31,267 bases of DNA from Halorussus marinus. Its GTDB lineage: Archaea > Halobacteriota > Halobacteria > Halobacteriales > Haladaptataceae. The notes beneath the pieces are model-generated. The model saw only the letters and a list, made by a program, of their open reading frames with translations, searched no databases and had not been told where the DNA came from. Shown here one piece after another: positions 25,634 through 31,267 of this stretch (within the stretch, counting starts at the first letter, position 1; each line of letters begins with the position of its first letter). The translations under genes were made by a program, and so were the position numbers. The stretch spans positions 186,001 to 217,267 of the forward strand of contig NZ_SBIV01000007.1 in the NCBI RefSeq assembly GCF_004765795.1. Direction: 5' to 3'.

Positions 25634-25736
25634 GCGGCCGCGTATACTGCGAGCTGTGCGCTCCGGAATCGCTTGTACACCATATGGCCGACATTGACTG
25701 TGCTTCGGACCGACAGTATGGAGACATACGCTGTCG

Positions 25737-26489
25737 ATGACACTCGCACAAGGCCCGTGGCCGACATACACGGATGCTGCCCTCGATAGTGTTCTACGAG
25801 AACGACGTGAGGTTGAGCGCGAATGTCAAGCCTTCCAACGGTTTCGCCAGCGTATCCAGACCGTCGACACACAGACTCCTCGGTTCGAACGGTCCGTTGT
25901 TGGAGTGGATCAGAACCTTACATCCGAAGAGAAGTCGGTCCGTAATACCATCGAGCCGTGGTATCATGATACTGTGATGGCGGTCGACCACTACGGCGAC
26001 GTGTACGGTGATTCGTTCGAGGCGAGCCTCAGTGCCGAATTCGGGGCCGATGTGTTGCTCCTGATCTCAGAAGCGACTACGTTCTCACCGCTCATCAAAC
26101 AACGGCTCCTCGAGGCCGCACAGCAGTGTATTGACAACCGCCGAGTCTTTCTGGAGAGCCTCCAGGATGAATTCACTACCCTCAAAGACGTGCAATCTAC
26201 AGTTCAAGAGATTCGAGAGGCGATAGCAGAACTTGATTCTACGAAATTACAGGGGAACTCAGATATTGAACTAACCGACCGATACGAGACGCTTCATACG
26301 TTGAATGATGAATGTAAGAGTTGGATCCAGCAACGGCAGGAGGAAATCCACGCTCATCGAATCGATCGGTCGGCAGACGTGGATGCCTACACTGACCTCT
26401 GTTCATATCTCTATGAGGGTCTGGAGGTTGATTATCCGGTATTGGCGACGTTTGTCGATATCTTGGAGATCATCTCCCAATATGAGTAG
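25737..26489 (+). CDS. Haloarchaeal helical hypothetical protein (DUF7260-like)
   Basis: ERREVERECQAFQRF, YHDTVMAVDHYGDVYGDSFEASLSAEFG and LCSYLYEGLEVDYPVLA. Family name is from recall. Confidence 0.75.
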   Translation: MTLAQGPWPTYTDAALDSVLRERREVERECQAFQRFRQRIQTVDTQTPRFERSVVGVDQNLTSEEKSVRNTIEPWYHDTVMAVDHYGDVYGDSFEASLSAEFGADVLLLISEATTFSPLIKQRLLEAAQQCIDNRRVFLESLQDEFTTLKDVQSTVQEIREAIAELDSTKLQGNSDIELTDRYETLHTLNDECKSWIQQRQEEIHAHRIDRSADVDAYTDLCSYLYEGLEVDYPVLATFVDILEIISQYE

Positions 26490-26772
26490 TCCTCTCTTTT
26501 ACCTCCTACTCTGTCTTGACGTCGTCCTATGGCTGAACAGTAGTTGCTGATTTGGCTGCGATTAGTGCTGGCAAACTCAGCGATGGAATCGAGGAACTCC
26601 GTGCACCGGGTGCACGGCTTTCAGAATCGGCGTGAGTGGGCGTCGAACATGTTAGATAATCGACTCCGGCAATGACTGTGAAAGGGTGGGCTTCCGCTCG
26701 CACCGTGTCAATACCGGCTTCCAGCAAATCTACTTTGTTAACGGTTTTGTCTATCCGGTCACAACTGTACAT

Positions 26773-26958
26773 ATGGAATTCGACTTTGTGCGCTCGGTGG
26801 CCCCCCTTGTCGTAATTGTCGCCGTCGCGGCGATTGCGCTCACGACCGTGATGACCTCCTCGACGGTCTTTATGATGGTTCTGCCCTCGATGATTATCTT
26901 CTCGGTCATCGCGTTCTTCCTGGGAATGAAACATGGCGAGTTCCGCGCCAGTGCATAA
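26773..26958 (+). CDS. Small two-TM membrane protein (DUF7333-like), Met-rich
   Basis: MEFDFVRSVAPLVV...MTSSTVFMMVLPSMIIF...GMKHGEFRA; 61 aa. Family name is from recall. Confidence 0.75.
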   Translation: MEFDFVRSVAPLVVIVAVAAIALTTVMTSSTVFMMVLPSMIIFSVIAFFLGMKHGEFRASA

Positions 26959-27162
26959 TAGGCCGACCCAGTAGCCGGAATCCGCTGTGTTGCGGTCCAT
27001 GCTAGCCCCCAGCTGTGTTGATTCAGATTATTTCGATGACCGGTTCGCAGTCCTAGCGACGGCTGTTTTAGCGGGGTGATGTCGAACCAACAGGAGTCCA
27101 CCTGGGTTGGGTAACCCCTATCGTTCAGTTAGATCCTGTCCTGGTCGTGGTGTAGAGGGTCT

Positions 27163-28317
27163 CTACGTGGAGTAGCCAGCGTACTCCATAAGTTGGTTGA
27201 AAATGTCAGTATCCATGACGGACCGATAGACCACGCCGGTGAGCATCCCGCCGGGATAGAACGTGCCGTTCATCACGTGGTTGACCTTGTGGCAGTGCAT
27301 CAGGTAGATGCCGGGGTCTGCATCGGCAGTAAATTCGATCGTGTGTCGTTCAGCGGGGGCGACGTTCGTGACGTCCATGTCGTGGCGGGCAGCCTCTGGA
27401 ATCGTCCCGCCGTCCTTTTCGACACGCTGGAAGCGGTGGTTATGGATATGCATCGGGTGCGACATGTATCCACCGTTGACGAGGTGGATGCGAACTGAGT
27501 CGCCCTCGTCGACGATGATCGGTGAGCCTTCTTCGGGGTGCAGCGTTCGGGGTGCGCTCTTCCCGTTGACGGTGAACACGTCCGGATTGCGACTGGCCGA
27601 ATTGTATGTGAAGTCCGCCTCACCGGCCCACTTCCGCGGAACCCGCGAATCCCAGTCCTTGATCGTCATGAAGTATTCGCGGTCCGCCGGTTCGTAGCCT
27701 TCGGGATCAACTCGGTAGATCCCGTACATGCCCATGTCGATATGCCGGTGGGTCTGGAAGTGGCAATGGTAGAAATGCGTTCCAGGGACGTTAGCGGGAA
27801 TCTCGTAGGTGTGTGTCTCCCCTGGCGGGACCTGAATCCCGGTCGTCGTCGGGACGCCGTCGTTCTCCCACGTCTTGCGAATTCCGTGGAAGTGAATCGT
27901 GTGGGGACGTCGGCCATCGGTGTTGTCGAGTGTCACCTCCATCGCGTTACCCTCGGTCGTTCTGAGAATTGGGCCTGGGACGCTGGGGTCGTTGTCGTCG
28001 GCCTGGAACGCCCAGACGCGTGGGAATTCGACGGGCCCACCCATTGTATCGAGCGGGTGGACGGCGTGGCGGGCCTGTTGAGTCCGCATCGTCACTCCAC
28101 CACCCTGCTCGTCGACGTTGACGACTGTTGGAGGGCTGGTGTAGGGGAGATTAGGCGAGTCAGTTTGTGTCTGCGTGGCCGTATCGCTCGTTGCTGCTGG
28201 CTCGTTAGCTCCGCCCGCCGAACAGCCTGCTAACGAAGCGATACCCGTCGCGCCAGTTGCCGCGAGAAACTCACGCCGGGACAGTCCGGTTCCGGGTGCG
28301 CCGAAACGTGTGGTCAT
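27163..28317 (-). CDS. Two-domain multicopper oxidase, Tat lipoprotein
   Basis: SRREFL...LAGC signal; HTIHFHG, YHCHFQTHRHIDMGM, HPMHIHNH and MHCHKVNHVM...GGM. Confidence 0.92.
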   Translation of the reverse strand: MTTRFGAPGTGLSRREFLAATGATGIASLAGCSAGGANEPAATSDTATQTQTDSPNLPYTSPPTVVNVDEQGGGVTMRTQQARHAVHPLDTMGGPVEFPRVWAFQADDNDPSVPGPILRTTEGNAMEVTLDNTDGRRPHTIHFHGIRKTWENDGVPTTTGIQVPPGETHTYEIPANVPGTHFYHCHFQTHRHIDMGMYGIYRVDPEGYEPADREYFMTIKDWDSRVPRKWAGEADFTYNSASRNPDVFTVNGKSAPRTLHPEEGSPIIVDEGDSVRIHLVNGGYMSHPMHIHNHRFQRVEKDGGTIPEAARHDMDVTNVAPAERHTIEFTADADPGIYLMHCHKVNHVMNGTFYPGGMLTGVVYRSVMDTDIFNQLMEYAGYST

Positions 28318-28362
28318 GATACACTCGGCATTTTGGTTGGCCTAAACATAGGGCGACTGCGG

Positions 28363-28381
28363 TGTCCCAATTCACGGGACA
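28363..28381. promoter_or_regulatory. Perfect dyad TGTCCC-N7-GGGACA upstream of multicopper oxidase
   Basis: 45 nt upstream of the oxidase ATG. Confidence 0.5.
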
Positions 28382-28485
28382 GTGCGTGGATATGTTCGGC
28401 AAAAGGCGAATGGAGATGGCGGCTTTTTATTTATACTTGTTCGCCGTTAGGAGTCTGAAATTGAGACGACAAAGTGGTCAGATTT

Positions 28486-29211
28486 TTAGAGTCCGCCCGT
28501 CGCCGTCAGATAGGCCCCTGCAAACTGCACCGCGTTATACGTCCCGTGAATCACAGCCGGCACTGTGAGGTTGTCCGTATACTCGTACGCTGCTCCCAGT
28601 ACTAAGGCCAGGACGAATGCGATACCGATGTACACCAGTTTGCCTTCCCCTGACAACGAGAAGAGATGGATCGATGCGAACAGAGCGCTTGCGAGGATGA
28701 TTGCACGAGCCGGATGGAGACTTTCACGGAGGGTGCCCTGTACGAGGCCCCGGAACAACAGCTCTTCTCCCGGGCCGACTAACAGGAATTGAAGGGGGAT
28801 CAGAAGAAGGAATACACTCGGATTTTGTCGCCCGACCTCGACGATCTGATTCTGAGCCGAGTTCAGACCGAGGGCTGTGATTACTGAGGACGCCACAAAG
28901 AGCAACCCCAGGATCGCTATACTCCCGCCAACAATCACTGCTCCATCACGCTTGTCAGGTGAACGAACTGGAACGAATCCCAATCCGAGATCACGGCCTT
29001 TGAGATAAAGGATGGCGATGCCCCCAAACGTCACTCCTTGGAGGAAGAACGTGCTCACAACCAGTCTGAGGGCTGGGCGCGACGCGAGGTCGACTCCGAA
29101 CAACCCGACTACCGTCGCGACGGCAAGGATTACGATAGCCCCCGCGACGTATGATCCATACGTGAGACCAATCGCCGAGGCGACAGACCGGAAACGAGAT
29201 ATCGACGACAT
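28486..29211 (-). CDS. CPBP (Abi/CAAX type II) intramembrane glutamic endopeptidase
   Basis: GPGEELLFRG, LFASIH and IHGTYN motifs in a polytopic protein. Confidence 0.92.
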   Translation of the reverse strand: MSSISRFRSVASAIGLTYGSYVAGAIVILAVATVVGLFGVDLASRPALRLVVSTFFLQGVTFGGIAILYLKGRDLGLGFVPVRSPDKRDGAVIVGGSIAILGLLFVASSVITALGLNSAQNQIVEVGRQNPSVFLLLIPLQFLLVGPGEELLFRGLVQGTLRESLHPARAIILASALFASIHLFSLSGEGKLVYIGIAFVLALVLGAAYEYTDNLTVPAVIHGTYNAVQFAGAYLTATGGL

Positions 29212-29309
29212 TAATCAGATGTGAGCGTAGGGCTCCACCCTACAAGCTGGCTTCGATAGGTCGATTCCGGCGCTATTCATTCCAAGACATCCCGCGGTAG
29301 TGATTTTGT

Positions 29310-29726
29310 TCATAGCTGACGTTCAGGTTCGACGAGGTTGGATCCAGCGAGGACTGTAATTATCACGAGCACGAACGCGATGAGTGAGAGATTCGGAATT
29401 GTAAGTCCGAGCACCGGAGCCTGCCACTGGACAACTGCACAGGGGCCAGCAAAGGTGCATGAGGCCGTCGTTGCTTGGAGTACGGAGTGATATCCCGCGA
29501 TTGAAGCTCCCACCACGGATAGTGGCACGACTGTTCGCCAGATTGTGTTGTGGCTCTCGAGGGCGGCAACGCCGAGAACGACGACAAGCGGATACATGAG
29601 GATACGTTGGTACCAGCAGAGGGTACACGGAACGAGACCGAGGCCGAGACTGAACCAGAGGCTTCCCAGGGTTGCAATCGCCGCGACGCCTGCCCCGCCT
29701 GCAAGCCAGAATCGTCCGTCGGACAT
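29310..29726 (-). CDS. dsbB: Disulfide bond formation protein B (DsbB/BdbC-like)
   Basis: PCTLCWYQRILMYP, a second Cys pair (SCTFAGPC) and LTIPNLSLIAF; start MSDGRF at 29726. Confidence 0.9.
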   Translation of the reverse strand: MSDGRFWLAGGAGVAAIATLGSLWFSLGLGLVPCTLCWYQRILMYPLVVVLGVAALESHNTIWRTVVPLSVVGASIAGYHSVLQATTASCTFAGPCAVVQWQAPVLGLTIPNLSLIAFVLVIITVLAGSNLVEPERQL

Positions 29727-29733
29727 CCATGAC

Positions 29734-30720
29734 TCAGTTTGATCCAGCTGCATCTTCGATCAGCTGTCTTACTCGCTCTTCGTTTCCGAGTGGATTGACC
29801 GTCATGCCATCGATGAGGAGCGTGGGTGTGGCATCGACACCGACATCGCTCGCAGCCCTGTCAGTCGCCCGCAGCGCGTCGTCATACTGATTTTCTTGGA
29901 TGGCCGTGCGGACCGACGCTGTCTCGGAGACGCCTGCGGCCTGAGCAAACTCGACCAATCTCTCGGCGGTCGCCCACTGGTCGCTCTCGGGTGGTTGATT
30001 CCCGAACACGTATTCGTGAAACGCCCAGTATGAGGCTGGGTCGGTGTTCCAGACGGCTAATCCGGCCTGACCGGCTGCCGGTGCATCGGGGCCCAAAAAT
30101 GGGTCGCCACCGATATATGCCAGATTGCGGAACTCGAGCGCAATTGTTCCTGGTTCCACGTAGTCCGTCACGAGTTGTGAAAGCATCTCCGTACTGAACT
30201 GGGCGCAGTACGGACACTTCCAGCTCCCGAAGTATGTGACCATGACATCGGCATCAGCAGACCCCATCGTCGCATAGCGGAAGTCTCCAGGCGAGTCGGG
30301 AATCGGGGCAGTGGTAACGGCACCCGTATCACCTCCAGCAGTCGCGCCGTCATCCGGCTCAGTGCTCGTATTGTTAGAGAGAGCGGTGGCGCCGATCACG
30401 AGACCGGCAGTGGCGGCACCACCACCGCCGAGGAGAAGCTGTCGGCGGGTTAGTCCTCCGACAGCAGCTCCAACACCTCCCTCGGAGAGCCGCTCTGAGA
30501 ACGTGAGTGAATCAACGGCTGTCTCAGCCCGTTTGTAATCCACACCTGAGAGGTCGTCGGGGTGCGCGACGAGCCAGTGTCTGTAGAGCTGCTCGTCAGT
30601 CTCGTCACCGAGTTGTTCGCCACAATAATGGCAGGCGCTGTGAACGTTCCATGTGTGGTCACGCGCTGCTCCAGCTGTTTCGAATTGATCTGTACAGATC
30701 GGGCAGGTATGGGCAGTCAT
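29734..30720 (-). CDS. DsbA/BdbD-like thioredoxin-fold protein with N-terminal C2H2 zinc-finger-like region
   Basis: CPYC active site and cis-Pro loop GVDATPT; N-terminal CPIC...H...H and CHYC...H...H; internal TRRQLL followed by a hydrophobic stretch. Confidence 0.88.
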   Translation of the reverse strand: MTAHTCPICTDQFETAGAARDHTWNVHSACHYCGEQLGDETDEQLYRHWLVAHPDDLSGVDYKRAETAVDSLTFSERLSEGGVGAAVGGLTRRQLLLGGGGAATAGLVIGATALSNNTSTEPDDGATAGGDTGAVTTAPIPDSPGDFRYATMGSADADVMVTYFGSWKCPYCAQFSTEMLSQLVTDYVEPGTIALEFRNLAYIGGDPFLGPDAPAAGQAGLAVWNTDPASYWAFHEYVFGNQPPESDQWATAERLVEFAQAAGVSETASVRTAIQENQYDDALRATDRAASDVGVDATPTLLIDGMTVNPLGNEERVRQLIEDAAGSN

Positions 30721-30824
30721 TCGTGATCACTACTCCAAGTGTAGATTTCATAGGCTCCGTGTTCTGCTCTCATAGTGAGCTGAATCGTCGGTATCTGTGG
30801 CATTGTGTTATACGCAAGGGGTCA

Positions 30825-31140
30825 TCAGCGGCGGAGATATGCGACGAGGCAGGTCGTCAGGAGACAGAGGAGAATGAGAATTGCCACGCCCAGATGCGTC
30901 GTCACGATGGTCGGTTGGAGATCTTCCGTGACGGTCAATCCTCCGAGGATAACCTGTAACGGAAGGAGGACGAGAGCGGCCGTGGCCGACCATTTGACAA
31001 TCGGGGTATTACGGTGTGTCACCCACGCTCCAAGGGTCGTGCCGACGATCAGAACCCCGGCCGTCATCGCCAGTCCACGGTGAGCCCACTCAGCGAAGAT
31101 TTGGAGTGCAGAGTATGGCGAGTTAGCAATGATCTCGGGT
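30825..31140 (-). pseudogene. ctaA: COX15/CtaA heme A synthase, C-terminal part, interrupted by IS insertion
   Basis: PEIIANSPYSALQIFAEWAHRGLA...LQVILGGLTV...IVTTHLGVA carries the ExxHR, QxxLGG and HL motifs; the frame runs directly into the IS end at 31141. Confidence 0.8.
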
Positions 31141-31267
31141 GGCTGTGTTGAATCGCTGTAAGGCGGAGAGATTCACTGTTTGACGAAGCGTTTGATGTTA
31201 TAGACGACACACATCAGCGCGATCTCGCGGAACTCACGAAACCATGACCGCGCTCGCACGGCGAAGC
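31141..31267 (-). mobile_element. Right end of IS5-family (ISH1/ISH9-like) insertion sequence
   Basis: Terminal repeat GGCTGTGTTGAATC at 31141-31154 lies just past a transposase stop codon. Confidence 0.82.
31173..31265 (-). CDS. IS5-family transposase, C-terminal fragment (continues beyond window)
   Basis: ...FAVRARSWFREFREIALMCVVYNIKRFVKQ* matches my recollection of the C-terminus of haloarchaeal ISH9-type transposases. Confidence 0.82.
   Translation of the reverse strand, partial: FAVRARSWFREFREIALMCVVYNIKRFVKQ

Noticed and set aside
27163..28317. Calling the oxidase a copper nitrite reductase (nirK)
   Set aside because: It has HxH and HCH motifs in both domains, as needed for a trinuclear cluster, which fits a two-domain multicopper oxidase better.
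1..31267. Numerous overlapping or antisense ORFs in the six-frame track (e.g. 4870-5445, 6673-7302, 9775-10353, 13844-14560, 17756-18553, 27538-28233)
   Set aside because: They are shadow frames of well-supported genes in high-GC DNA, Arg/Ser/Pro-rich or motif-free, and lack halophilic acidic composition.
1..31267. CRISPR array, rRNA, replication origin or integrase
   Set aside because: I saw no regularly spaced repeats, rRNA-like sequence, ORB-like boxes, cdc6 or tyrosine recombinase motifs.

Overview
High-GC haloarchaeal DNA (acidic proteins, Tat lipoproteins, many apparently leaderless genes) forming a ~31 kb copper-handling island, probably plasmid or secondary-replicon borne (inference). 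It encodes three P1B-type ATPases: CopA (CPC), CopB (CPH) and an atypical CPW enzyme with a CcoI/FixI-like N-terminus. It also has two CopZ chaperones, an Lrp/AsnC-TRASH regulator, a halocyanin, a two-domain multicopper oxidase, a zinc-finger-DsbA/DsbB pair, two DoxX modules, aconitase A, a geranylgeranyl-reductase-family enzyme, a Fic/Doc-like protein next to a PadR gene, and a ctaA gene cut by an IS5-family element at the right edge. Several features are not visible in the ORF track. (i) An intact but divergent tRNA-Glu(CTC) at 24897-24971 (-) heads a run of membrane-protein genes, divergent from halocyanin. (ii) A transposase-less 1.4 kb element at 11666-13064 is bounded by 17-bp IS-like inverted repeats and carries two lipoprotein genes. 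(iii) A 45-bp CTTnGA-N33-TCnAAG dyad recurs at three cop promoters with identical spacing. (iv) A frameshifted uspA pseudogene lies at 13193-13451. All family assignments come from motif recognition by eye; no searches were run.
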